Shown here: in pieces, positions 1-12,753 of the stretch
How positions within the stretch are numbered: position 1 is the first letter of the stretch
Layout: each line of letters begins with the position of its first letter
Source of the DNA: Entomortierella parvispora E1425
Lineage: Eukaryota; Fungi; Mortierellomycota
DNA: 64,000 nt
Reading direction: 5' to 3'
Assembly (NCBI GenBank): GCA_020891255.1
Contig: BQFW01000011.1
Location: 992,001-1,056,000 of the forward strand
Program-made: the position numbers and the translations under genes
The notes under the pieces: generated by a model
Told to the model about the DNA's origin: nothing
The model's input: the letters and a program-made list of their open reading frames with translations, nothing else
Database searches by the model: none

Positions 1-13
1 TATTGACTAACAG

Positions 14-149
14 GATCGCCTTACTATTCTTCTGTTGTGACCAGTGCGACAAGGAGTGGTTCCATTATGGCTGTGTTGGTTTGGCAGAGCCCCCGGTCGG
101 AAAATGGTATTGTGCTACCTGCCTTGCCAACATGAAAGGTCGAAAATAA
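14..149 (+). CDS. Last exon of a PHD-finger protein (ING-like C-terminal PHD); the gene starts upstream of the window
   Basis: A CTAACAG branch/acceptor ends at 13. The frame then reads ...[38 protein letters not shown] (TAA 147-149), the C-terminal Cys/His pattern of a PHD finger. Confidence 0.8.
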
Positions 150-566
150 GACACCACCTCTTACTTCGGTTTCGAGAGACACACCGCTACCCTGTACATT
201 TATTAATAAAAAAAAAGCGTTGAACAAAAAAACCCTCCAGCAAAGAGAGCGAGAGAAGAGCCTTAATCGTAAATGCTGCAGAACGATGGAGAGAGAGGAA
301 TGCCATTCATGTGCCTGTGAGAATGAAGGAAAGAGAAAAGAAGGGACAGAGAAGAAGGTCGGACGCACAGCCCCATGTCCCAATGCCACGCTCGCTTCTC
401 GTTCGTCCCTGGTCCTGTCTCTCTTTCCTGCCTTCTGTGAGTGGGTCGTTGTCAGTCCACCAGGTCCCGCCGCTTTCTCCTCTCTTGACCTCTTTACTTC
501 CCTTGGTCCCATCTCATCTTTCCTCTCCTTATCCTTCTCATTCCCCACCCCCATCTGGCCATCAGA

Positions 567-2427
567 ATGTACCCGGGCAACTACCAGCCCCCGCAGCAAT
601 ACAATGCGCCTCCAGGCAACCCACCCCCTGGGGCTCCTGTCGTCTATACCCCTCCTGTTCCCTATCCACCTCCACAACAGCCTTATGGCGCCTATCCTCC
701 GAGACCGCAGTATGCCCCTCCTGGCTCCTACCCACCCCCTGCCGCCTCACCTTATGCTCCACCGGCTTACCCTCCCCCTGGAGCCTCGCCTTATCCACCA
801 GCTGCTGGTCCGTACGGCGCTCCTCCTCCTCCTTCGCCCTATGGTGCTCCTCCTGGTCCTCCTCCACCTGTGCGCTACCAGGCCCCGCCCTATGGTCCTC
901 CTCCTCCAGGGCCCCCTGTTAGCTATGCACCACCCCAATATCATCCCCCTGCTCCAATTCCACAGCAAATGGTAGGTTGTGCCTCTTTTTTCTTCTTATT
1001 ATTATATTTTTTTTGGATGGTTGACTTTGCCCAATGTTCGAGCATCACTTCCTCCTCCTGGGTGTACGGTGCTAATTGTTTTTACTCTTCCAACGTCTAA
1101 CCTTATATTAAGATGGCCCCTATGAATGTGCCACCGCCACCTCAGGGCTGGGCCATGCACCAGAGTCCTTACATGGCCGCACCCGTGAACTTTCAGCTGT
1201 CGAACTGTCAAGGACGAAAACGTGCCCTCTTCATTGGCATCAACTACTTTAACCAGAGAAATGAATTGAGGTCAGTGTCGTAACTAGATCATTGACCAAA
1301 GATATCAGTGGTTGAACCAAGCCGTCCTACTCACGCTGTTTAATTCTATACAACAGGGGCTGTATCAATGATGTGAGGAATATCAAGGCGTTCGTGATCC
1401 GCCAGTTTGGATTCCGGGACGAGGACACAATTTCTTTGACGGACGATCAGCGGGACCCGACAAGGATCCCGACAAGGGCCAATATCCTTGCGGCCATGCA
1501 GTGGTTGGTGCGGGATGCTCGACCGAACGATTCCTTCTTTTTCCATTACAGTGGCCATGGAGGACAGACCGAGGATTTGGACGGGGATGAGGATGACGGA
1601 TATGATGAGACGATTTACCCTGTGGACCATGAACGCGCAGGCGTGATCATTGATGACATTATGCATGATATCATGGTCCGACCCTTGCCTCCCGGCTGCC
1701 GGTTGACTGCCATTATGGACTGTTGCCACTCTGGATCTGCATTGGATCTGCCATTCGTCTACAGCACAACAGGTCAGCTCAAGGAGAGCACGGTCTTGGG
1801 CGAGGTTGGCAGTGGAGTGATGAATGCCGGTATGTCATATCTGAGAGGCGATGTTATGGGCATGTTCAAGGGTCTGGGCGGCATTGGTCGCCGACTTGGC
1901 AATGGTGGCAACAGGGAACAAGTGATCCGTAACAAGTCCAGTCCTGCAGATTGTATCATGTTCAGTGGGTAAGTTACAGTGGTTGTCTGTTCATGTATTG
2001 TGGTGGCTAAAAAAAAAGTGTCCCAAAACTAATGAAGGATGCGGACCAAAATTCTCTTTGATCGCTATAGTTGCAAGGATACTCAGACCTCAGCGGATAC
2101 TCAAGAACAGGGCTTTGGCATGACAGGAGCCATGACCTTTTCGTTTATTATGGCGTATGTGTTATGTATTTTGTCAATTATTCCTGGTTTCTTACTTTTT
2201 CTTTTTCATGGGATTGTTTCTGGAGTGGTCAAAGAAACTATTAACCGGTGGTTCTTTTTTTTTTTTTTTTTTTGTTCCGTCGTTTTGATAGATTGACAGC
2301 GAACCCACGGCAAAGCTATCTTCAGTTGCTGAACAGTATTCGTGATATATTGCGATCGAAATATGAACAAAAGCCCCAGCTCAGCTCTAGTCACCCTGTC
2401 GACTTGAACCTACTCTTTACAATGTAG
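567..2427 (+). CDS. MCA1: Type I metacaspase with a Pro/Tyr-rich prodomain; 5 exons
   Basis: ATG 567 and Pro-rich exon 1 up to GTAGGT at 972. Later exons give [10 protein letters not shown], catalytic YSGHGGQ and [12 protein letters not shown], and the C-terminus [19 protein letters not shown] (TAG 2425-2427). GT-AG introns join in frame. Confidence 0.95.
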
Positions 2428-2583
2428 AAAAGACTTAGTCCACCCCCCTTCATTTCAACTGTAAATTATCCACAAAACATTTTTTTTTATTGGGTGCGAA
2501 TGGGGGTTTTTATACAAGGTGTGTGCGTGTCCGTGTGCGTGCGTGTGGATGTGTGGGAATAGGTGTAGGTGTGTTTGTGTTTT

Positions 2584-5500
2584 CTACTTGTCAGAGTAAT
2601 CTCGATCAAGGTTCCTTTCCAAGGTTTCCAACTGTCTTTGAAGATCGTCGATTCGGGCCTGGAGCTTGACCTCTGCCAACGACTGCTTCCCCAGATTGGC
2701 ACTTGGATCATAACGTGGACTATCTTCATCATCACCGCTGTCCTCATCGTTGTAGTTGTGGTCATTATCATCATCATCATCATCATGGAGATCGGAGTCC
2801 ATCCCCCCCCACTGGTTCCGACCTTGGCTGCTCATCCGAAGGATCTGTCGATGCCTTTCTTCCCTTGCTGTCAACCAGGCCCACATGGCATCCTCCTGAT
2901 CTTCTGCATCCCTGTCATGAGAAAGCGGCAGTTGCTTGGGACTCTTCCCCTGTGGTTTGGTGGGTCGTGCTCGATATGGTGGAGAATGGTACTGTCCACC
3001 ACCACGGCGACCCAGGACTTCGCTCTGCATCACTTCTATTTGAGAGGTCACACTCGAGATTTGGAACCAGACATAGACATTGGCGAACAACATCACCACT
3101 AACACAGAGACAAACGCCATATGAGAAAGCCCCCCGCCACCCGTTCCTCCGTCCGCCTCAAAGACTTTACTCCACGAGGCCAGAGTCTCCCAGAGACCGT
3201 TCGTGGATCCATTCCTGTCCCTGGAAGCCAACGACGCTTGGGAGGATATACTTCGTGAGTCTTGATTTTCGATTGCAACAGCAGATGTCGCCTGAGAGGG
3301 ATTACCAAGACGACCCTGTTGTTGTTCTTGTCCTTTGGATCGGTTTTGTAATCCCTGATTCAATCTCCTAGTGTCTGTCAAAGGCCTGGTTGATCCTGAT
3401 TTCAAGCCTGCCATCTGAGCCGCCGCCGTAGATCCATTGCCATTCGCTTCAGGTGCGCAAGCAGCAGAGGCCAACACTACTCCTGGGACGTCCTTGTTGG
3501 ATTCCGAGAGTGCATCTGGATAGTCGGCGAGATGTTTCCGAAGACTGAGGTTCAGTTCCCGGTAGTGAGATCCCATGCCCTCAAAGGCCCCCTTCTCGAT
3601 CTGGCCTTTGATCCAGCTGCTCTTCGTGAACTCGACCGCACCCGTGACTACGACCTGGACTTGATTGGGTCCTGCCCAGGTAATACAGGTCCGACACTTT
3701 GTCGTGAAGCTCCCTCCAGAGGGCACGTCCGGCGTGGATGTCGTGGTCACGGTCGTGACATAATCGTCAAAATCCTTATGCTCACAGACATCGGTCAGGA
3801 TGGCTTTGGTGGTCTTGGGTCCGATTGGCATCCCGAGCCATTTGGTATATTTGGTAATCTTACTGGACTGTCCATCCGCCGTCCTTTGCCAAGACTCTTC
3901 CTGCACGTCCGCTCCCTTCATCGCCTCGTTGGTCAGGAACTTTTTACTAAAGTCAGATTCGAACAACAGTCTCCACATGCCCTGCACAGTTCCTGGATAG
4001 GTCTCTGTCATGTACGTGTTGCTGTAATGTCGACCGTCCTTGGAACACTTGCAAGCCGTGGGTGCGCGGTAGCTGTTCTCAGTCGGGACATTGACGACGG
4101 GGGCTTTTACTCCGTTCGATTTTGAATCCGCGTAATCGTTGCTGTAGCCATTGACATGAGCATGAACTTTACTCAGGTCTGCTGAAGACGATTTGGTGCC
4201 GAGAGACTCTGGAGCACCGCCATAGTCAAAGGTGGCCACTCGAGGAGGCAGTTCCGACGCTGATCGCGCCCTTCTTTTACTATCCGAAAGTCCTATTTTT
4301 TTTTTCCGACAATACATAGAAAAGTTAACTTTGAGTTCGTCATCTTGTGGGTGTGTTTTTTTGTTGCCTTTCATACCATTCCGTCCATCGTCATCATGCG
4401 CAACGGGAGCAATGACATCTATTGCAAATAAGTAAAAAGGATCAGTAAGATGAAGTGTTTTTTTGCACTCGCTCAAACATCAAGTTACGTTGTTTCTCCT
4501 TTACCTTTCAGGGTTTTCTTCACAGCCAATTTTTTGTTGGGTCGTCTCCGAGAACCATTCGCTGTTGATTTGCCATCCATCTCCTCGATCTCATCCCAAT
4601 CAGCCTCATCCGCGGTCCAATGTTGAGAGGCTGAGGAAGATCGTCGGTGTCGATTCCGCCTAGAATCCGACGGCGGTCTGGCCGAGATGAAGGACTGATT
4701 ATCATCATCCTCGTCCTCGTTCAATGTTAGATTGGACCGGTTCTGTTGTCTGAAGTAAATGTTGTTGTTCACGGCCGATGCGTTTGCAGCACATGGGAAG
4801 GATTTTCGCCAAGCGGCCATCAGCAAATCATGCGCTGCATCCCGCGACAAAAATGAGGCAAAAAAATGACCGCGCGTATTGGTCGTGGTAACAATACTGA
4901 TCGCATTCGGGATCACAAATGCCGTGAGCCGCTTCTCAATGGCTGTGATCTCTGAAAACGCAATAACCAACTAAAAAACAAAAGTCGGGGGAAAGAGAAA
5001 AAAGGTAAGGGAGAATGATCTTGTTACAAAAAAAAAAAAGTGATGAAAGAGTTCTCACACGCTTGAGGATGACTTACGTTGGTGACCCATCCAAAGATAT
5101 TGGCATTGAAGCAGACATGGTTCTCACTGATATAGAGTCTTCCCTGAACAAGGATCTCTTTCTGGAGAGCGCAACCGTAATCTATTTTAGATTTTTATCC
5201 ACAGGGAGGAAAAGGAGGGGGGACGGAGTGATGAGAGGGTGAAAAAAAAAAAGCCAAACGGGTCCAGGTCAGAGCACTGTAATACTAAGAGACTTGAGAG
5301 AGATGGAACAGTTGATCCTCCAAAAGAGCGACTTTGGACAAACAAAAACAAAAAAAAAACACTGATCAGGCCACTCTCCCAACGTTGAATTAGGGTCCAC
5401 GAGACTTGTAACGAAAAATGAATTATCGTGTTGTGCACCAAGTCTCGGTAACAACGACATTGTCTGCTGGGGCAAGGGCTCCTAAGATTGCAATCGATCC

Positions 5501-7137
5501 CTTTTGCTCACTTTTCCTGTCAGAGGGCGAGTGAGGCGCCAACCAGGCGGCGATTATAGCCAAGAACAACCAACCGATCTCTCCCCCCTCTCCCCTCTGG
5601 TTAATTTGCGTGCGTGCAAAGGGTCTGCATGAGAAGGTTAAGAATTGGATTGCGCATCCCGAATCGACACAAGAAAAACAGCGCTCTGTTGGCGTTCTGC
5701 CGCCTGCCATGTTCTCACTCCCACTCGTCGACTTTGGATCGAAGCAAGCCCACTTTTTTTTTTCTTTTTTTGTTTTGGTTCGCACGCTACAGCCGCGGGT
5801 ATTTTTTCGCAGCTGTTGCGGCTGCCTCTCTTTTTACCCATGCCAAGGGGCCAGAGATGGAAGCCATCTTCGCCAAGGAAAAGAGACGCCGATAGAAATA
5901 GAGGGTACATTGCCAAGGCAATTAAAAACGGAAGCGAGCCCAGTTGCCAGCACAGCCATATTTTACCTTCAATTAACTTTTCGTCGTCAGGCACGCTTCG
6001 AAAAAGGGCGTGAAAGTCGCTGAAGCGTTTCTCATTCGCATACACAAAGCTGATGCTGGTCCCGAAGGAATCCTCATTGTCATTGCTCACGGTCGAGGAG
6101 CCATCTCTGTCTAGGGGGCCAAGGCCATTGCTGCTGTAGTCCTGGTCAAGGGGCGACTCTGGAAAGTTGCCTGGACCAGTAATATACATTTGGTTGCTGG
6201 AATAGTCCTGTTCGTCGCTAAGCGCAGAGCCGCCGTTGGACTGGAATGCCTCCAAGGTCATGAGGTCTGGATGAGCAAGATCCATGCTGGGATGCTCAGA
6301 GTCTAGAGACAGCGATGACAGCTGTGGAGGAGGGCAGCTGTGGCTCCTGGGGTCTTGGGATGCAGAGGTGGCGGGCCGGTGCAGGAATGAAGGTGAGGCT
6401 GGGGTAAGAGTGAGTGCAGGAGTGAAGGTGGGTGGGTGGGAGGAGAAGGTCGTGGGGGCAGGTTCGGGCAAGGAAGGAGAAGGAGAAGGGGGAAGAGCAG
6501 GAAGAGCAGAAAGGGACAAAGAAGATGCGAAAGAAGGGCTACGGGGTGAGGCGGTCGCGTTGTCGTCAGCATGCATCGCCTGGCCTTCCTGGACCATGGC
6601 GCTCTGTCCCTTCAGCGATGCAGCAGTCCCAGTGGCGATCTCCCAATTGACATTCCCATGTCCGTGGACTGAAATGCTCTCTGGAGTAACATCAATGTGG
6701 CCGTTATTCTCGTCGTTGACGTTATCACTGTTGCCACAGCTGCTGCCAGGGAGGTTGCTCTGCCCGCTACTAGCCACAGTGGGTCCCACGCATGGATCGA
6801 GCGGCGCGTCATTGTCCTCACTGTCGTCTTTTGTTGCCGCCAGCACGTTCGATAGCCCCAGGAGATCAGTTGTTATTGACGCAGCATTGCGTACAGAGGC
6901 GATGAGACCACAGGCGGGAGAGGCGCCAGTAGAGACAGTATTGCTACTGCTCAACTTTGAATGAAGCAAAGGGGGGTCGATGGGAGCAGGATAAAAATGG
7001 GGTGGCGGTGAATTTGATGTGGAAGAGGGTAGATGCTCCTGCTTTTGTTCCTGCTCCTGTGCGTGCTGCTCCCATACCTTCTCCTCTTTCAAAGGGACAA
7101 GGGGAGGACAAGGTTCTGAGGTTGCTGGAGTTGTCAT
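2584..7137 (-). CDS. LAM/Aster-family sterol transfer protein (GRAM + VASt + transmembrane helix + coiled coil); 4 exons
   Basis: The spliced GRAM domain reads NEKRFSDFHALFRSVPDDEKLIE|DYGCALQKEILVQGRLYISENHVCFNANIFGWVTN|LVIAFSEITAIEK (exons ending 5967, 5181-5078, from 4970). VASt motifs TPDVPSGGSFTTKCRTCITW and KSSWIKGQIE follow, then the TM segment FVSVLVVMLFANVYVW. Confidence 0.9.
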
Positions 7138-7737
7138 GATTAGACAGGCAGCACCAAGTCGAATTTATGAGAGGCAGGTCCCTTTGGGTCTTTTTACGAC
7201 TAGCGCAGGAGGGAGTACCGCCGGAAGTATGACAGAATGGAGAAGAATGAGCGAGGGATGGGAAGTAGGAAATGGGAGATGAGAAGAGAGACGGCAAAAG
7301 GGAACAAAAGTGTTGTTCCTATTATGACGACAACGGCCATCATGGTGATGACCACCACCCTATCAAGGGCGTATCATCCTAGTCCAGATGACGGCTGGAA
7401 TCGGGTTGGTGGCAACAGACAGATAAATGAAATATGGACAGCGTTTTTTTTTTTGCGTATTTGGCAAAGACTACTTAGAACGAAAACTTTGAAGAAGGGT
7501 AAAGAAAACCAGGTGGGCAACACGCATTCGCTACACGACAATGCTGAAAGAGAAGAAAAGAATAAAACAGCAAAAAAAAAAAAGTACAATAGAGGGGTGA
7601 AATACAGAAACATCCTGAGACACCAGCCCATGTTCCTTCCTACTCTTCGTCCGACTTCCCCTCCCTCCTGTTCTCTCCCTCATCATCGTTGTTCGTCGTA
7701 TTGTGGTCATAATCCTGAATCCGCAACTTCGAGCTTT

Positions 7738-9721
7738 TTACAGAATCAAGCATTTTGAAGACTTCTTCTTGTTGGGCTTGGCCGCCGTTCGGGGTGCACC
7801 GCCATCGCGCGCCTGCCTGATCATACGCACAACGTTGTAGAAGGATCGTTCGACATTAACGCAGGTCTTGGCCGATGTCTCTGTAAACTCGCACCGCAGG
7901 CTCTTTGCCATCATTGCTCCTTCGTCCCTAGATACTTCGCGGTCTGTGAGGCGATCGCACTTATTGCCAACCAACATTAGTGGTACATCATCCGAATCTT
8001 TGACGCGTGTAATCTGGTCCCGGAATCGCTTTATCCTCTCAAACGTTGATCTCGCTGCGATCGAATACACCAACAAAAAGCCTTCTCCATCACTAGAGTC
8101 AGAGAAATAGAAATGGGGTTAGTGACATTGCTAAAACATCGCAGAATAATCGACTGAAGATTAGAAAACATGAGTATGGCTGCATACCGAATCCATTGGT
8201 CTCTTAATGCTGTGTATTCTTCCTGGCCGGCGGTATCGAGCACTTCGAGCACACAGGCTTGATCGTCAATGACGACCTGCTTTCTGTAAGAATCCTCGAT
8301 AGTGGGGTCATATGTCTATGGTGTCACAGTCAATTACAGCTGAGAGTTAGTGCCTGCGAAACCAATCATGCAGTTCGTATCGGACGCGTCCAAAAATAAG
8401 GGCCTACCTCTGTTTGTGACCAAAACGTCCCATGGGGGAAAGGATGAGATAAGCGGTTCAGGAAACAGCACAAGAAAGAATAGAGAGCACATAGTTAGTT
8501 TAAGCAGAATGAACTTCAGCAAACAAGTAGGCGATCCGATCCAATCAAGCCAGAATGCAGCCCACTCCCGTCCAGCTCAGTCCGTCTAGCCGCCGCTCGA
8601 GAATAAGAAAATCCCAGACAAGCAAGCAGCGGCACCAATGAAGACGGGACAGGCAGGGGAGACAGAGTGGCTGACAGCGGAACTGCCTGTCATTTAGTGC
8701 TCCCTCCGCTCTGCGACGCCCTTGCTCCAAGGCGGCAGGCGGAGAAAGAGCCCTTTAGACAGTTTCCCAGTCGGATATGGGCTGATTCGTTGTGTTCTGT
8801 TCTGTTCCGAGTAAATGCACCTACCAACAAAATGGTTTAAACACAACTAAAAAAATGGAGAATGCGCGGTTAGACCCTTGTCTATTTCATCCTTTCAAGT
8901 CCTGTGTTGGGTCCTTACCTGGATGGTCAATGCAGTCTATTGGCGTCAACCGGCGAGCAAAACAAGGATGGTAGGACAAAGCGTCCCAGTGCAACGGAGC
9001 AGAGACAACATCACAAATCAAACATTTACGTCCGTTGTAGGTAGGAGAGAGAAAGGAAGAGTGGGAAGGCAAGATGGAAAATGGACGGAGGAAGGATAGG
9101 ACAAAATAGAGGAGGCACAGTAGCAATGGAGGAAGAGGAGGATGCGAGGAGGGAGTAGCAAGAGGGGATAGAGAGAAGAGGGAAAAAGAGATTGCATTAG
9201 TCCTTTGTCCATCTGACGCGTCCATGGTTTGCACCATTCGATCCATCCAATTGATTGTCCATTCCATGCTCCGGAGGCACTTGGAAATCAGACTGAAGAT
9301 AAAGGTTGAGTGGACAAGAGCGAGGGCCTCAAGACCTGTTGCCGCCACCTCTTCCATTGTAGAAATCTGTTGGTCTGAAAGTGGCGGTCCTGCATGTATA
9401 TCGAGCGCCAAGGAAAACACAAGTCTACTTGTAGACGAGTGCAAACTACGAGATGGCGAGTCTTCTAGAAGGGCGATGCAATGAAATAGAACAGGCTACT
9501 ATACCTTGCCAACACCACCATCCTAGTAGAGCAAAGTAGAGAGACAATATAAAGAAAGAGAGGAAGAATGACGCGAATATGAGTACTTTTGTGTTTCTCG
9601 ATGAACAGCACGAGTGAACGGGGCCACAATGAGCAACAGCAGGACAGGAGAGAGGGGTAGGGGTGAGAATCGTGTGGGAAGGAAGACATACGCCGAGAAC
9701 GACCAGCTTGTAGAGCATCAT
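7738..9721 (-). CDS. RAS: Ras small GTPase (fungal Ras2-type); 7 coding exons including four microexons
   Basis: Exons 9721-9692 ([10 protein letters not shown]), 9522-9505 (DGGVGK), 8936-8919 (TALTIQ), 8846-8825 (LCLNHFV+G), 8409-8408 (AG), 8315-8188 ([10 protein letters not shown]...DTAGQEEY...WIR) and 8092-7738 (NKCD, ETSAK, CaaX CLIL*). All introns are GT-AG. Confidence 0.95.
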
Positions 9722-11722
9722 CTTGAAGAGTATAAGTGATGTGGTATAGAGAATGAAGATGATGGGGAGAAGACAGGGTCCGTGTGTGCTCAGTTGAGGT
9801 CGATTCGAGACGAGAGTAGGCTGTGGGTTGGGATGGACGGGTAGGGTGGGTGTGTTGGGGGGGAGAAGGATGAAGACGAGGATGGAGAAGGAAAGAAGAG
9901 TGCGGAGAGTGAGGCGAGCAGAAGAGATGAGATGATGAGGGAGATGAGAGGTGCGGAAAGAGAGGAGAGGAGAGGAGAGAACAAAAAAAAGAAGAGGAAA
10001 AAAAAAAAAAAAAAAAAAGGAATCACGCAGAAACGGAACAAAGGGACGGACGGACAATCCGCGCACGGCACAGAAAGAAGCAAAGGCCAACAGCAACCAG
10101 CAGAGCAGAGAGCAGAACGAAAAGCAAACAAGACGATTCCCACATCCCCTTCCTCTCTGTCCTTGGTCCTCGACCTTGTCCTTGCGTCGCTCTCCTTGTC
10201 TTTCACCCCCCCCCCCCCTCCCCCTTTCCCTGAGGCTGTCTGCCCTCACCCACCCTGCCTCGCGCCCTTCCCACCTTCCTCCGCCTGCTCCACCTGCAGC
10301 AAGACAGCGCAGGCCTGAGTCAGTCCCCATTCGAGTGCGCACACTTAAAAGTCGTCTTTGTGCTCCAGTCCCCTGTCCTTGTCTCTCCCTCATCCCAGCG
10401 CGGGTTTTTTTGTTGTCACTGTCTGTGCTACAGTACAAGAGCCTTGTCGTCGCTGTCTACAGACTGCGGGTCAAGGGAACAACAAACATCAAGGGTAGCC
10501 GATTGTCCCACACGCTATTCTTTCCCTCTCTTTTTTATTTGTTTTTTTTTTCTTTACTTTACTGACGAAGCAAGCAAGGACAGGACAGGACTGGGCAAGG
10601 CAGGCAGACAGAGCGGACGGACGACCCAGTATCAACCCTCCCGCTGTTGATCTGTGGTCCTCTGTTGTCTAGGCAACGATGTGTGGGAGTCTTTCTCTTG
10701 CCTTTTTTTTTTTTTTTTTTTTTCCAGCCAACAAGAACCGACGAACGCGGTCCCTGTTCCTAACTCAGCTCGCATTCCCCGAAGAACAAGAAAAAGAGTA
10801 ACATTTCGCACGGGGACCTGGCCAATGCTGGGCAGTGATTCTCCCTTATCATATCGGCCTTTCTCAACAACCCAGCTGATATTAAATGAATCCACAGAAA
10901 AAGTAACCATCCAGACCCTTCTTCCTCTGTGGAGTGAAGGGCAAAGAACCTTGTCTTCCAGCCGCGCAGCTGACTGATCACATTCATGCCCGCTGGGACG
11001 ACTCCACTAGCAACAGAAAAGGATAAAGACTGAAAAACAAGATTCCTCGCCCTGCGATTTCGTTGGTAGCCTGCGAGATAATGGAAGTTTTTTTTTTTTT
11101 TTTTTTGCAGCCTTTCAAGATGAACAACCAAAAGGAGACGGCGACGACATCAATCTACAGCACTCTGTCAAACACCACCGAGACAGAGAACAAGAGAGGG
11201 CAAGAAGAAAAACAAAAACAAAGAGCCAACTCCCCAATCTCTGTCAATTGAGGGTCCGTTTGGCTCATGACTAAACAGTCTTTTGTTTCCCTTTGTTCCT
11301 TTGGCTCACGTCAAATTTTCAACCGCCAGCCTCATCTCCCGCGTAGCAGCAGAAGCATCTGAACAAAGACGCTGAGGAAGGGGGGACCGAGGGTTTCGGG
11401 ACGCGGCATAGAAAGTCCAAGAGGACTTCCTATCTTCCATGGCTACAATATGTGCTTACATTTCTTCCCCCATTGACCGACCCTTGGCTGTGTTGAACGA
11501 AAGAGGCTGCTACTGTTGTTCCTCGTGCAATTCATTGTTATTGCTGAAAAAAAACTGACTGGCACTCTGCAGAGTATTTACTACAATCACCGAGTTTGTC
11601 GAATGTGTGAACGTACAGCATCGATCCCTCCAACAACGAGTAGAATCCTCTTTTGCATTCTCTTTACTCGCCTCTTCCACTCTATCCTTCTTCGCCTTCT
11701 ATAAATGAAAAAGGGAGCCGTG

Positions 11723-11753
<31 letters not shown>

Positions 11754-12753
11754 GCGAGCGGAGTCTACTTCTTGTACTGGACACCTCGTCAAGTCCATTT
11801 CCCATGCTTGATTGTTTATGTTGTTGTTTTGTGTTGCCGGCACCCGCCGTTCTCTGATCTATAGAGTTGATTGCTGATCACCTATTCAACAACGGGTCAT
11901 GGACCGCGCGTTCCTCTTCCTCTTCTTTCCATCTATTTTTTCAGCATTCCGATAACAGAAAACTTGCCTCCCTCCCACGCTACGGAAAGCCTTGGCGCTT
12001 GCACTTCAAGCACGAACGCCTGTTTATTTAATTGACAACAACAGAAAGAAAATGTAGGCGAATCTTCTCCCGCCAAGTTTGCTCACGGAGATCCCATCCG
12101 TCCCACAGGTGTTGGTGGTCTTGGTTGCAGTGATGCCTCCTTTTGAAGGGAACTAAATGGGTTAGTATCGGAGGGGAAGACATCGGAAAAACGCAAGTAT
12201 CTTTTCCAAGGTAGAAAAGTTCTGAGCGTCCTTCCCATTCCATTTTAAGAGTCTACCGTTTTTGCCTGTCGAAGGGAGGCTTCCAGGTGGACTCTGAGGT
12301 TTGAAACTGCAACACTTGGCATCGATCGAGGCACAGAGGATTTCGTAGTTTTGTCCGCACATCGTTTCAAGGCACAACACGCGTTCCAAATATATTTACA
12401 TAGAAAAATGCAATAAAAAGACACGATTTGATCAACGAAAAAAGAAAACAGAAAACAGCTAGAGACGACAATGCAAAAAAAAAAAAAGGAACAAAATGAC
12501 TGAGATGAGAGGATCTGAAAAAGTGATCAAATTAGCTATTGTAGACCATCCTTCTTTCAGGAAATAGGGTGAGAGTTGGGGAAAGAGAGAACGAAAAGGC
12601 TAGAATAGGAGATAACAAGCAACTGCTTCTTTTAGTCGAGCACACTGCTGCATCTCTCATAGTTGGGCTCGAAACCTCCTCCTCCTCGTGTCCTCCTTTC
12701 ATCCTACTCCATCCTGTTCCTACGGGAAGATGGTCGGGCTGGGTTCAGCTCCT

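Noticed and set aside
24-975. ORFs 24-677 (-), 220-975 (+) and 311-922 (+)
   Set aside because: These are alternative-frame shadows of the GC/Pro-rich metacaspase exon 1.
11309-11338. RRPE-like (AAATTTTCA) and PAC-like (CTCATCTC) pair, with a similar pair at about 22017-22078
   Set aside because: These motifs are defined in ascomycete yeasts. No ribosome-biogenesis gene follows, and the real RRP3 promoter lacks them.
11411-11430. GAAAGTCC resembling the RNase MRP/P CR-I motif
   Set aside because: It pairs locally with GGACTT as a simple hairpin, and no CR-V partner was found.
9722-12753. Many ORFs in the 3-kb region upstream of Ras, for example 9446-10438 and 9951-10565
   Set aside because: Low-complexity purine/pyrimidine tracts and homopolymers give Phe/Leu- or Lys/Arg-rich nonsense translations with no domains. 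This is probably promoter or 5' leader.
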